A stretch of 61,665 nucleotides of DNA from Nemertoderma westbladi (taxonomy: Eukaryota; Animalia; Xenacoelomorpha), in NCBI GenBank assembly GCA_032718475.1, contig JAUCBJ010003888.1, positions 1-61,665 of the forward strand, given 5' to 3'. Both the position numbers and the translations under genes were made by a program. The notes under the pieces were generated by a model. That model was given only the letters and a program-made list of their open reading frames with translations. It had not been told where the DNA came from and did no database searches. This document shows, piece by piece, positions 46,901 through 60,148 of this stretch (position 1 is the stretch's first letter; every line of letters begins with the position of its first letter).

Positions 46901-47332
46901 GGTGGATCGGAGTTATTTGAACCCGGGATAGATCTGTCGGTATTACATATTGCCAGGGACGACGCCGTGGATCTGGACCTACCCACCGCGAGTGGATCCT
47001 TCATGAATATCAGAGAGAGCGATTGGAGCTCTGGAACATCAGACGTCTCGCAGGGACTCTCACCTCTCCTGCAGAGAGCGACGGACCACTATAGCTCCTG
47101 GAATCGGCTTTGTGACGCCGTCATATACTTTGAGCGATGTTTCTATCGTCACTATTCCAGGACGAAGAGGAAACCTGGAATTGTATTCAGGATGCAGCGA
47201 CTCAATCACCCAGTCGGTCGTTTGTGTTTACCGGAAGGGAATGGAGGACTCTCCGGAAACTGTGGAAGGCAAGATTCTCATCCCACGACCACCTCCCTAA
47301 TCCTTCAAACATCTAGGGACTCCATAACGTAA
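43964..47332 (+). pseudogene. el3 Gag-PR fused in frame to Pol remnants (1122 aa)
   Basis: Gag is colinear with el2. The protease motif reads LLDYGS, and in-frame deletions remove RT-RH and IN. Confidence 0.88.
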
Positions 47333-48784
47333 CAACATATGGAGTGGGCATGTGACTCTATTATTTTATATTATTTTATTATTTTTATATTTACGTATGT
47401 ATTACTATGTAATTTTATCATAATCGTTTTCTTTAATTTTATTCAGTAGAATGTTATTTTAGAGATTATTTAGTAGATTAGTGCAATATATTCGTGTTTA
47501 TTGCGTACGTAATTACGTATATATTATATTTAGTGCGACGGCAAGAAATAATTCTTTTCCTTCTTCCTTACTGTCCGTATTACATTACAAATACGTAACT
47601 ACAGTAAGATGAAATGTCCGTACTTATTAAAGTACAATAAAGCCACTACTATATTTAAGTATTATTGGTAGGCAGAGTATTAGGAATGCAAAGTTCAGAT
47701 CCTCGTGTCTCGGCTAAACCAAGCTCTGGGTAGACCTTGGAAACGACTTGCCTCTTCACACTGACATTGCTTCGTGCGATATTGCTCTCATACCGTATAT
47801 TAAATAATACATATAGTAGCGTGATGTCCCTTTAACAGTAGCGTATAACGCAAAATAAATCTGTTAAACCCTTTGACCATCTGTAATTCTAGTCGATTAA
47901 GATATCGTGGCACCCACCGATATACTTGAAAGACAAATTATAGAATCAGTGGTTAACGTCCCCAGACAAGTTCTGGAATAAATCGGTGCCCATCTCAAAT
48001 ATTAATTATTTAATATTTACAAATCAAATAAGTCAAAATCTGTAAAATTCAGATCCTTCAACAATTCTAGTCAATTAAGATATCGTAGCATTTACCGATA
48101 TTCTTAAAGAGACAATTTTCTTAGAATTAAGGATCTTGTGTCCCTAGACATGTTCTAGAATCAAAATATGCCCATTTAATTATCAAATAATAAAATTTCA
48201 GGGAATAAATTTAAATTCATGTCTTTTAATGAATTTAATAAATTGCCATTTTACGCAATTTATAACATTCCCAAAATTCCATTAATTAATAGATCAAGGG
48301 AGCGGAGATTTATATTATTATGCGTATGCGTGTACGAAAGTCTCCCAAACATAGTCAATAGCCGATAAAATTCGTAAAGTCATGTAGAAACAGGACATTG
48401 ACTATTAAAGAATTACTATTAAATAACATCCCAGATCTGTATGCATTGGAATTACCCTAATTCTACCGCTAGCTTTCCATAATGTCACCATGGCAACAAC
48501 CACGCTAGAATTAGAAGTGAGTTAAACGGACAATAGAAAGCTTGTCCCATTGAATAGCATAGGGAATAAATAGCGCACTACTAGTATCCAAGGATACATA
48601 ATAATACAGTGACATTCTGGAAGGCATTGACTAACGGACAAATGGCCCGAATGTGCGTAGTTGTGACCAGTTGTGTGGTATTTGTGAGTTTCTAGGTGAA
48701 TGTTACTGCTAAAGTGTGTTTACAGTAGCTAGTCGCAATCGTAAAAGTAACCTAACTCTCCAAGGAAAACCTGAAGTACATCTA

Positions 48785-48941
48785 AGCCTTTGGGACGGAC
48801 AGTCGAGTGACTTGTGCCGGTTGTCGTTGTCGTTGTGCGGCTACGTCGTTGGCGAAAGTACAGCGGCGACGACACATCGGCGCTGAGGATCTCGTACTGT
48901 CCGGGGGTTGATTGGGGTAGGCAGCGACGCCCGCTCGCCTA
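48785..48941 (+). other. Conserved structured RNA upstream of el3 ORF3
   Basis: GGACAGT-CGAG/CTCG-T-ACTGTCC, GTGCCG/CGGCGC and a 17-bp stem TGTCGTTGTCGTTGTGC/GTACAGCGGCGACGACA, then the same 3' hairpin as el2. Confidence 0.8.
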
Positions 48942-48985
48942 AATGTGGACTCATTATAATATGGATAAACTCATATATAGCAGAT

Positions 48986-50318
48986 ATGACGGAGTTGATA
49001 GAAGATGGTCTTGGTATCGGGGAGCGATATACTCTACTTTTACAAGCGTTTGTTGATAGCTTAATACGCGGCGACGTTAGTCCAACTGCTGCGGAGGACG
49101 ATGGTCGTTATATCGAACCGCCAATGTCCCAAGAGCAGCTCACGCGTGAGTTGGACTATAGAAAATTCGCTGCTCGATATACGCAGCGTAATGGTACGTA
49201 TATGGGCTTCTTAACTACTGGTCATCCTATCGATTTACATAATACGGACTATGTCGACTATATATCCTGCCCAGCGGAGTCGGAACCATAAACTGAAATT
49301 CGAATGCGAAAATTCTATTCGAAATCGACTCGAAAGAAAAGACACTAAAGAAACAAATAAACGCGGTAACTCCAACGTATATTTGGAATTCTTGATAGAA
49401 GCATTGTAACAACAAATAAATATCACCCGCGTTTCCCCTACCAGACGTGCGTCTTTGGTATTATTACGATAAATGCCCTAGACCCAACTAATAAACGGAA
49501 AGACATAAACATCCACGGAAACGTTGTGTTAAACACAGTTGTGCTCATTATATTTACTGGAGTTTTGAGCGAAACTTGTTTGACGTATCACCTATGCTCA
49601 CTCGGCTCGAACGATCCTGGAGTAAACCTACGATCAGAGTCCCGGAATACTCGGTCAAACCTCCTCATTCCTTAGTTGGACCTCAGACATGCGATCCTGG
49701 TGGTGTCGCGGATCCTCGCGGACTGTATTCACTGTTCAAAGATCTAGTGCTACCCTAACAATTAATCGGTAACACTCCGACAGTGATTTCTAGCTAGCCG
49801 CCCATCTTACCTAGCCGGATTGTGACGCGGACACCTAATATCACTATCCAACCGTATGGTCGTTCCCGTTTAACGCGATACAACCCTTCATCAATGTGAA
49901 GGAGAGCGTTGTACGAAACGAGTTAAACGCTATTCTATAAAGATCAAAAAGGAAACCTGCGTTTGTTCAGATAAACGTAAGTTATAACAGTAAGTCCAAT
50001 CGATAAACGAATTGGCCTTATCTCAGTTCGATTGGGAAATCTCGAATCTCTAAGATGATATCAAGCTTAGAAAACCCTATTCTCTGCGAGAGTTTTGGAT
50101 GAACGTATCCAGCTACGAGCGGAGGAAAATCAGCTCGAGGAGAAGCATATCGAAATGGCGGATACCCCGACCATAATCCTACACCTTCTGATGCAATCAT
50201 ATTGCACCCTTCACCCAGGATTTATAGCCCTCCTAGTAAAGTGGCTCGCCCCAAAGAGAAAAGGACTCTTGCTAGCCTCAAAAAACTGCGTAAACGCCGT
50301 CTGCGCAAGAAAGACTAA
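48986..50318 (+). pseudogene. el3 ORF3 remnant
   Basis: N-terminus matches 34410. 49440-49760 (LWYYYDKCPRPN..KHS..FERNLF..VPEYSVKP) matches el1 LWYYCDDCPHPN..KHS..YERDLF..VPRFSVRP. The last ~50 codons match the end of the 591-aa ORF. Confidence 0.8.
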
Positions 50319-50396
50319 CTGTTTAGAGTATCTTTATATTTTAGAAACTGTGATTTGTTATATTTTATAGACTTAAATCCCATTTTCTGGGAGCGG

Positions 50397-51647
50397 TGTA
50401 AAAGCTTTTGCGTAATTAGCCGGTTATTATCCCCGTAAAGTACTCTGTGGTTGGTTTACCAGGCATAAGAAGGCCGTGTCCTTGCTGTACTGGTGTTTTG
50501 GAGGACATAAAAGCCATTTCTTCTGTATTTGTACTTTAGAGGACATAATCTGTAATTTCGTGACGTAAAAAGCTCGATACTCTTGAAAACAGTGTCGCTA
50601 CCATGACGACGGCTAACGGCTGATATTGCCACGTTGCCCCATAGCCCTATTTCTGTATCTGCCAATAGAATTTGAGTTGGCTTTGATTTTGACCTATCAC
50701 AGAGCTACTGAACTGAATTTTTCCTATCTCACTGCTCTTTCTCTGTGTTGGACGGGAGCTTCGTGGAATAAGGGTAGCTGGTATTCTTATAGTTATTCTT
50801 ATCAGTGTTGTTGGTGATTCTAAGCCAGGAAGAACGGCTTTGGAGTATTTTGTGCTTTTCTACTTTAGCCCTACACTAGTAGGCTTAATTATAAGGACAT
50901 ATATCCGTTATCTGCATACTGCATACTGCAGTACTGCATACACTGCATACTGTGTAACACTGTGCATACTTTATATTGTTATACTGCTATTTACTGTCAG
51001 TTCTTCATAATATGGTTGATGAATTATTATATTTGGAATAACGACAAATAACCCCGAAAACCCAATATTCTTGATATACCGAAGGTAAGAGAGAAAGGTT
51101 ACAGATAAATGATTGCGACCTATGTTGAGTGGTTTGAAGTGAATCTAATGTTATTTGATAGACCCTACATGATTCGGTCCGTGTTCCTTTTATATGTGAC
51201 TAAAATCAGTGAAGATCGGCAGATCAGTGTGCAGTATTGTGCAGCATTGTGTATGAGTGAGACTGATAACGAAGCATTTCCTAAAGAATGCGCCATATAT
51301 GTGAATTGTAACTAAGCCATATCGTTGTGAGTAGTTTAAGTCATAACTCTGTTTATATAGATAGAGCGCCACGTCCTAAAGGAACTGTTAATATTCCCCG
51401 AAGGTGAATAATATTGTCAGAGATTATATAATACTGTCAGTCGAATAATACATTAGGCTTACATAGCAATAAAATTAAGCCGTCGAACCCAATCTCCCGG
51501 GTATATCCAGCGGGTGAATGATCGCGCACAGATTGGTTTCGACTAGTGTAGTGAATTAAATACTTGTCATAGACTAAAGGTGATTTATTATCTAGAAGAC
51601 ATCCTAATTTGGCGGGTTAAACTGCCAAAGGTCTGAAAGCGCGAACA
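50397..51647 (+). repeat. el3 3' LTR
   Basis: Direct repeat of 39589-40839. Confidence 0.97.
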
Positions 51648-51652
51648 GACCG

Positions 51653-51985
51653 CCTACACACCAACTGGGGGAAACCATACAGTTCGGTAATGGGGTGGGT
51701 GCGCGCACGCATATCGTTCGCGATAATCCGCGGCACTTCCCATTGCCTGCGAGGGTCGCGGGTGTGATGGCGAAGTGGTTTGGGGCTTGAGGACGGCGCC
51801 GGGATACCAGGGGGCTTTGCTTAGAGTGTTTGATCGATTATGCGGGGACTGGTATGGTATATTACATAATTATTGCTCATTGTAACTGTGTAATGGAGTT
51901 GTTACCATCTGTACTGCATGCAATATGCTATTGATCATTTAGTGCGTTTTTGCGAAAATATATTACCATTAATAGACGGGTGAAC

Positions 51986-52023
<38 letters not shown>
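51653..52023 (+). mobile_element. CRE-like element, part 3 (ORF end, 3' UTR, poly(A))
   Basis: DRLHTNWGKPYSSVMGWVRARISFAIIRGTSHCLRGSRV*WRSGLGLEDGAG; poly(A) at 51991-52023; right TSD ATTATATT at 52023-52030. Confidence 0.9.
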
Positions 52024-52025
<2 letters not shown>

Positions 52026-52374
52026 ATATTATTATTACCGGTGCCGGTACTGGGCTAATTAGGCCTAAACTATAATGAATGCCCCGGCAAGGGTTGCCGG
52101 GGCGATTTTTAATTAGATTACATGATATGGCATGTCTGCAGTGTATGGTACCGGCTGACCAGTATTGCAGTATTGACTGATTGCAGGATTCTCGATTCAG
52201 GGATTGAGTACAGCCTGACAGTACCGGTACACATGGTACATGCAGATTGGCAGACAGCCCCAATGTATTGCAAAATTTGTCAGAAACCCAGCTGATTTAT
52301 CCTACAGTAATAATAATTTAACGCATTTTAAATTTGGATAAATAAATTTATTATAACTGCAATAACAGTTACAC

Positions 52375-52594
52375 TGATGCTGCACGAAGGCCCCACGCAA
52401 ATTCTACTTGGAAAATTTTCAAACTTTTGCCAAACAACATGTGTACCAAGTTTGGATAGATTTCATCAAGGATTGGCCGAGTTATTAACGTTTAAAATAA
52501 AATACTGAAAAAAAAAACGCGACAGAACGACAGAACGACAGGTTGATTAATGGTACCCCTACGCTAAGGCTCACTCACTTCGTGGCTCGCGCCA
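52375..52594 (+). mobile_element. Short interspersed repeat resembling non-autonomous Helentron/DINE-like elements
   Basis: TGTACCAAGTTTGG block, (GACAGAAC)n microsatellite and a GC-rich 3' end. The 5' motif GCTGCRCGAAGGCCCCACG recurs inverted at ~18867-18888. Confidence 0.4.
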
Positions 52595-53239
52595 CAGTGG
52601 GCCTCCCGAACCGCCACGATAAGCAACGAATTTGGTACAGTGGTAGGCAGTTAATACTTAAGGAGCACTACAGTATACCACGAGACGATCAAGTTCCAAA
52701 TTACACCCCAATGCACGACATAGGCCTACTGTCAATCGCTGCTACAGTAGGGCCTATTCCAAGCGTGGAAAGTACAGGATATTCTTATGGCCAATTAGAT
52801 TAATTAAATTATGATAACTTTCTATCATTTTAATGCTATTATCCTTAGTAGAGTTCCAAATCAAATTTTTCACTTAATAACCTATTGTGCACAGAAAAAT
52901 TCTGATAGGGGGTGGGGGGGGGGGGGGGGACTTTCGACGCAAGAAAAATTTTATCCTCTCAGGGTTAAATCCACGCAATGGTCGGCTATATGAATCCAGT
53001 AACAATGCGTCTACCCTAATTACTGTCCCTCATTATCATGTATAGCATTTGATTGGTTAATTGTTATAACGACGTATGTGCAATATATATTAGTTGGCCA
53101 GTTATTACTATATTAATTATATATTTAATGTCTATTTGAATTATTGTGTATGTGTTAGCTATTATATAGGAATGTCAACCAGCAGCCGACCACGCACAGG
53201 TGACTTATGGAGGATCGCTAGAAGTCGGCTAGTTTACAT

Positions 53240-55040
53240 AGGGAGTATTTACTGTAGGTTAGGCCAAGTTCCAACCACTCTTGGGTCTATTCGACTCTTC
53301 TGACCACCTCTTGGGCCGTGTATAAAGGCAACTATTCGACCCAGTGAAATGAGAGTAAGTCGCAAGTGGTCGGCTGGTCGGCTTACATATATCATCATAG
53401 GTCTACAATAGGCGACTATTCGACCCAGTGAACTGAGAGTAAGTCGCAAGTGGCCGGTAGTTCGGCTTACATATATCATCATAAGTCTACAATAGACTAT
53501 ATGGAGGGTCGCTAATAGTCGCAAATGTTTATATGTAGACTATAGCTGGAGCCGACTTTGCCGACCAATTTGACTCTTCCGACCACCTCTTGGGCCGTGT
53601 ACCTATGATGATATGTAAGCCAACCAGCCAACCACTTGCGACTTACCCTCAGTTCACTGGGTCGAATAGACGCCTTTATAATATGTACACGGCCCAAGAG
53701 GTGGTCGGAATAGTCGAATTGGTCGGCAAAGTCGGCTCCACCTATAGTCTACATATAAAGGTTTGCGACTTTTAGGTGGTGACCCTCCATATAGTCTAAT
53801 GTAGGCCTATGATGGGTGTTCGGACACCCCCCCCCCCCCGGACACTTCCCCCCCATTCAAGTAGGAAACTTCCCTCCAGAGACTTCCCCCCGGACACTTC
53901 CCCCCGGCAGTTCCCCCCCCCCCCCCCCCCCCCGTTCAAGTAGGACACTTCCCCCCCGGACACTTCCCCCCCGACTGTTCTTAACTTCGCACATTTGTAT
54001 TTTTCATTTTGTAAGGTAAACGGACCGCTTATATCCAGATAAGTTGTATCCAATTTTCCTTTCGTAGCTCAGAAAGTGATCTTTTGCATCCCGATTTTAC
54101 ATTTTATATCCAAGTTTTATTTATGGATTTTATCAATGCAATTACATCGTATTGTTTGCTAATCTTTAAACAATTAATTAGATGACCTATAAATTCCATC
54201 CCCCGAATGATATACTGTTTTTTTTTACTATAGAATTATGATAATTAATTGTTTTAATGAAAGATTATGTAATAGTCTTCTTCAAATTGTAGCAGTATGA
54301 ATATCACAGTATATCAAAATTACAGTATACCTCTCCAGGGTAAAATCGACATGCGTCGACCTGTATTCTGTGTTCAGCATTACATATTGATATACATATT
54401 ACTACTATACATACAGTACTATATAGATATTATACACACTACATATTAAATTTCCTGGCTACTTGCAATATTTTTAATAGGATTTTGTTGAATTATATAA
54501 TATTGTAGTAATTTATATATTAATTTGGTTAACATTCAATACAGCTTCTACTTTAGGCTTAGTCAATTTATTATCTGATGATACAAACATGAATTAATTA
54601 TTTAAAATGTTCTTAACGTCTTTTACCACGGGCACGGGTTTGGGGGCGATAGCCCCCAAGAAAAAAGGCGGGCATTTGGGGGCGGCAGCCCCCAAGAAAA
54701 GAAGCAGGGGTTTGGGGGCGGCAGCACCCAATTAAAAGAAAAACAAACAAAATTTGACTATAAAAATGTTTCTTTTATAATTTTGAAAAAACTTGTATAA
54801 GATACAACTTGTCCTGTAACCATCTTTAATTTATGTTTTTTGCTTTGATGCACCCAGATTAATTTTAACACTTTAACTGGGGGGGGGGGGGGGGGGGGGG
54901 AGTGTCCCGGGGGGAAGTATCAGGGGGGGAAGTCTCAGGGGGAAAGTGTCCTAGATCCTTATGATGATATATATAAGCCAACCAGCCGACATCTTGCGAC
55001 TTACCCTCAGTTCACTGGGTCGAATAGTCGCCTTTATACC
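53240..55040. repeat. Foldback/satellite-like repeat cluster
   Basis: An ~82-bp unit (CGACTATTCGACCCAGTGAACTGAG.GTAAGTCGCAAG...) occurs twice direct (53330-53500) and inverted at 53600-53675 and 54960-55035. Confidence 0.7.
53815..54958. mobile_element. Non-autonomous TIR element with GGACACTTCCCCC subterminal repeats
   Basis: Inverted arrays at both ends, flanked by (C/T)TATGATG as an apparent 8-bp TSD. Superfamily uncertain. Confidence 0.55.
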
Positions 55041-55650
55041 TGTATAACATAATATAATAATACAATTATCATAAAAAGTATTTCCCCCCCCCCCCCCTCC
55101 CCCACTGTCTCGAAAAATTAGACCACGAACTTGTGAGATTTAATTTTGAGTTTTTTAGAGGCTTGGTGGTTCAACAGAAATTTAGAATATTAAATCGTAA
55201 ATCCCATTGTCTATCTATTTTTTATAAATTCGGATTCTCCCATAAATTTAGACACAGAAAAGTGTAAAAATAAAATGGATGGGCCAACTTTTGGAAATTT
55301 GTTTTACGTGGAATGTGCCCATTAGCAGGTACGATAAAAGCCAAAATTAATCAAAATTATTGTTGCCCCAAATGCGAATTTCATAGAATTAGAAAGCTAG
55401 CAATTTTGGCAAAAATTTCAAAATACTGTTTTGGGTGGCCCCATTTGAGAATAGCCTATGGGCATGGAAAAGGTTAAATAAAGCGGCCCTGTTTGTTTCG
55501 TCAAATGGTTTAAAACAAAAGCTTGAGATTGTTTACACTGCTTTTTAATATTTATACATTAGATATTATTTTCAGTATGGAAGTTTCTGGAATTGGGTGT
55601 GAAATTGAAGGTCAATGGTTAGGTGCCTATGCCAATAATTTCCGCATTCT

Positions 55651-55843
55651 GTAAAAGTAAAGTAAATTATCTTCGCCCGCTAGGCCAGGGATTACGCACA
55701 AAGTCTGCGACTTATTTCCAGTGCGGTCCTTTAAAGCATTCGTGCCGAAACGAAAACTGCCCTGGCCCATGTGAGGATCGAACCCACGACCTACAGGAGA
55801 TGTGAATTCAAAGCAAACACTACACCAAGGTGGAACGACAGGG
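55651..55843 (-). mobile_element. tRNA-derived SINE
   Basis: B-box GGTTCGATCC (55775-55784) in a T-arm followed by GGGCCA, a LINE-like 3' body and a (TTTAC)n tail. Confidence 0.7.
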
Positions 55844-56742
55844 TATCTTATAGTATCCAATACCATCAATCAATTAATTGCTGACTCAACGCTACTGTAA
55901 AAACTAAACACAATCACGGATTTCTTTGGGGAACTAACATTGGCTATGGCTCAAACTTGGCTAAAGTTTTCATTTATTTCTACAACCGCCGGCATACGGC
56001 ATCAGTTTTACTGTATATCTAAACTTAACAGGGTGTTGGAATAATTAAATGTTTAAAAATATTATAAATAAATAGAGCCAATGATTTTATTATCTGTGTC
56101 CGACATTATGTAACAATAATTTGTGCATATTTTAGATATCTTTGTTAGTATCATTTTCAAAGATTAATATATAAATAAATATTGTCTATATTCCACAGCC
56201 TTACTATATTCACCATATTAGTGAATTTTTATTGGTAGAGAAAATCTGGCGCCTAGATCTATTAAATCTGATATATTTAAACCACCTTATTTTCCACCGC
56301 ACTTAAAAATGATTGGAATCTCTGTTCCATATTTTAAGATATATTCCGATTTTGTAGATAAATATCTAACAGGATTAGAAAACTGGGTAACCTCTGTTTA
56401 CTTAAGAGAATTCGAGTATATCTAATTTAGTAAGGTAAATGTTAAATGCATTATAATCAAAGTGGCAGCAAAGCAAAGCTAAATACAATAATACAAGCAC
56501 AAAATTCTAATGGCTACATATAAACAATGTTCAAGCACTGCACTGTCCCTATATCGGAGGCCTATATGATACAATAATAAGTTATTGATAATCTAAGTAC
56601 GTTAATCAATAATTGATATACTAATAATGACAATAGTCCTTCATTCGCAGAGTTTAGCATATACATGTAGATATATTTTCAAGACAACTAGAGGTATGCT
56701 AATCAATAAAAACTGTTTCTTTATAAAGTCTCTTTCGTCATC

Positions 56743-57919
56743 TCACGATGCGTGCGCTCGGCAGTACGGTTTACCGTGCCTGCCATAGAAACTTTGTCCT
56801 TCTAGACAACTGTGACACATTGCGCAACAGAAGCATTGAGCATGCCATGAGGCAGACAAAGCTTCCACCCATCTGTCTCCGGCCTGTATAGGTCTGTTAC
56901 ATGCGTTACACTTACTAGTGAATAGATTATTCCAATCGCGTTCGCAATACGGGGCATCATCTTCAAGGTGGAAACCTTGATTACCGAACGGTTGATGGCA
57001 GTGTGCGCAGACGAAACAATCCGGATGGAAGGTGCGATCTAATGCGTGAAGTGTGTCTCCGGTGATTCGCTGACTGCAGTTGGAGCAGAGAGGGGCGAAG
57101 TTTGCGTTGTAATCGCGTTCGCAATACAGGCGGTTACCTTCCTCAACAAATCCGAGGTCTTGTAATGAAACAGCGCACATCGAGCATTTAAAGTGTTCCG
57201 GGTGCCAGTTCTTACCGAGGGCGGTAACAAAAGGGCCGCGGATACTCTGATGGCATTCCGAACATACCGGCATTCGGCCTCCTACGGATGCTTTCGGGCT
57301 GTTTAAGGGGCCGGCTGTGGATATGCGGCTCTCTGGTTTCACGCTGCCCATAGTTGAGGGTCTGGACGTGCTGGGGCGGCCTACGAATGGGCGAGATGAA
57401 GGTGGGGCGTTCGAAGGGCGAGATGAAGGTGGGGCGTTCGGGGGGCGGGATGGGGGTGGGGCGTTGGGAGGGCGAGACGTAGCTGGGGTGTTCGAGGGAC
57501 GTGCGTAAGATGTGTAGGAGGGTTTACCAGGAGGTGCGCGATAGGGTTGGTTCGGACGACTAGCAGGTGATGCAGTAGAAGGCTTGTTGGGTTGGTATCC
57601 GGAGGGTCTAGATCCGTAGTCACCTGTTCGACCAGCTGACCCCCCAGTGTAGTCGTTCGGTCTGCCGGACGACCCGCCAGGATAGTCACTCGGTCTCCCA
57701 GCTGGTTTGTAACCCTGGTAACCATGGGAATCCAAGGCAACAGGTTGCATGTTGTCCCCCGGTGGAGATATATGCTGCCTAGCATGGGTTTCGCAATACA
57801 ATCGATCTTCAACACTAAAGTATCCCTTGTTCCTAAGACTCATGTTACACTCCTGGCATTTAAAACAGTCCGAATGGTAACTTATATCTTTAACTTTAAC
57901 AAATGGTCCTACGATCCCC
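56743..57919 (-). CDS. Zasp52: Zasp/ALP-Enigma PDZ-LIM protein, last coding exon (LIM1 second part, Pro/Ser linker, LIM2-4)
   Basis: Acceptor tttttag|G at 57919 gives GIVGPFVKVKDISYHSDCFKCQEC, followed by three tandem Enigma-type LIM domains. Phase matches the previous exon. Confidence 0.9.
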
Positions 57920-58121
57920 CTAAAAATAGAAAAATTTTAGTTTAAAATATATCATTTAGTAGAACATTAAATATATAGGTGAGAACAGCATGAATTTCAA
58001 CGCAAAGAAGTTGAAAGGCATGTTCTTTCTAAGTGAATCTAGAAAGCAATTTGTGCCGGCCTCCATATCCATATCCAACGAGTAGAGTGACAGACTGAAC
58101 TGCTAGGTCCACCTCGCGCTC

Positions 58122-58481
58122 TACAAGGCTGAGACCCCCCAGTCATCTCAGCCCAGGCTGAGAACACTCCTCAGTTATCTCAGCCTAGGCTTAGAACACT
58201 CCCCTTAGGCTGAGATGAATCCCCTTAGGCTGAGATGACTCCCCTAATTGAGTTATAATTCACATCCGTACCTTTGTCATTTTCCTATATTGCAAAAATA
58301 AATCTATAACCTATGTTATTTAGTTATCGTTTATTGTTTTGGTTAGAAAAGCCCGCCACTGTAACCTGCTGTTTTCCGTTAATTAAGAAATATAGGGAAA
58401 AACGGGAGTGTTCTCAGCCTAGGCTGAGAAGACTGGGGAGTCATATTTGGTGGGGAGTTATCTCAGCCTGTTACACCGGCC
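58122..58481. repeat. Intronic MITE-like remnant with CTCAGCCTAGGCTGAG palindromic repeats
   Basis: Motif repeated in both orientations at the two ends. Confidence 0.5.
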
Positions 58482-60148
58482 TCCCTAATATTAGATTCTA
58501 ATTGGTTACCTTAAGTTTATACTGTTTTATATTTGGGCCATACAATTTCGCAAGACTTTTCAGATGACTCAGATTTTTTGTACGGTGGAGCTAATACGCT
58601 TAATGGACGGTTCAGTAATTGTTCTGATTCCGTTAAGGGGGGGGGGGGGGGCTTTTTGTGTCTCTGGACCATAAGATTGGGTGAAAATTATTTTTGTGCT
58701 ACTAAACATCGTCTAGACTGTGTGAGAATAACCAAACCAAATATTTTTACAATTGGCCCCAAAATGGTTCCGAACACTTTTAGTCCGAACACCGAACTTT
58801 TAGAACAAAAATGCCCCAAAAAAGGAGCCTTTTTGATATAAAAAGGCTCCAGGGCATTTCTAACCAAATTTGTTAAGAAGAAGTATGTAGAAGGGTAATC
58901 TTAACAAGTGTACCAAATTTCAACTCATTTCAGTTAAAATTGGCAGAGAAATAGCCCTTTTCATGAAAAAACGTCATTTTGAGATATGGGTTTTTAAAGT
59001 TTAAGGAACAATTCAAACTTTCCCACTATTTTAGATAATAGCATATTTTTTTGTTCAACAATAACTTTGTCAAAAATGATAGGAATTCATCGAAATTTGT
59101 CATGCTTGCTAAACAGATAATTAGTAAAACAACTTTCTAGAAATTTTATTCATATCTGTACCGTGAGATCCTTATTTATGAAAAGGGCCCCGTACAATTG
59201 TAAAATATATTGCTACTCGATGGCTTTTCAAAAATCAGACTTATTTGGGTAATAACTTGAGTTTGAGGAAAGACATGAGTATCGTAACGATATATCGTAA
59301 CGCACATTCACGTCGTTTAGTTCTACTGTATCCTACTAACTGTAGGCAATGAAAAAAAATGAAAATGACAAAATAATTATGTAGTTGTGTCATGAAACGC
59401 TATCATGTCGTATATATAATTGACTTGCCCAATAAATTTGGCCGCGTCGTCATTTATTACGTGAAAATATAAAATAAGTTTTAGGTTGGATTAATATGTT
59501 TAGTGATCGTAAGAGACTTCCGTAGTTCGACATTTATTCTCTACAAACCAATTTTAATAAAATTCGTGTGGTAATAAACAAATCAGTGAGGCCCGCCGCA
59601 CACAAGTGGTACAAGATGCATCGTATTATATTTTATATATTGATAGCTTTTATGTTATTTATTTATCACGTTTATATTTTATTCCAATTATACTTTTTTC
59701 ATGACATTCCACATATCAGTTAATTATTTTCAATCGACGACAGTGAAGATGAAGTTATTTAAACTGTTGCTCTGTGTTGTGGGAACAAACTAACCTCATT
59801 TCACGAGAGCATTGGATACATTCAATAAATTACTGAGACCTGTGGTTGGCGTTATGGTAAATTTATATGATAAATTGCGATATGATCCACAGAAATTTGC
59901 GAATTATACTCGCATATCCATTTGGTACATTTGATAGGAAAAAATGTATTCTATAAAATTTGCATCTTGCATCTCGATTTATAGAATACATGATATTGGA
60001 AGCCGTACACTAGAGATACAAGATACACGATGCAAAAAAGGACATCTTCGATGTTCTATTTTTGTATTTTTGAGTGCGACGCCACACCCGCCGCCACATT
60101 GAAGGGTTGTCTGCCCTGGGTGGCAGTGCGTGTTCGTCACATACTAAC

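Larger units (their letters stand above)
39589..51647 (+). mobile_element. Non-autonomous BEL/Pao element (el3), 12.1 kb
   Basis: Two 1251-bp LTRs (one difference seen); TSD GACTG/GACCG (39584-39588 / 51648-51652); RT, RNase H and the IN core are deleted. Confidence 0.96.

Noticed and set aside
55760-55843. Functional tRNA gene
   Set aside because: Only the T-arm/B-box is good. There is no full cloverleaf, and it continues into a SINE body and simple-repeat tail.
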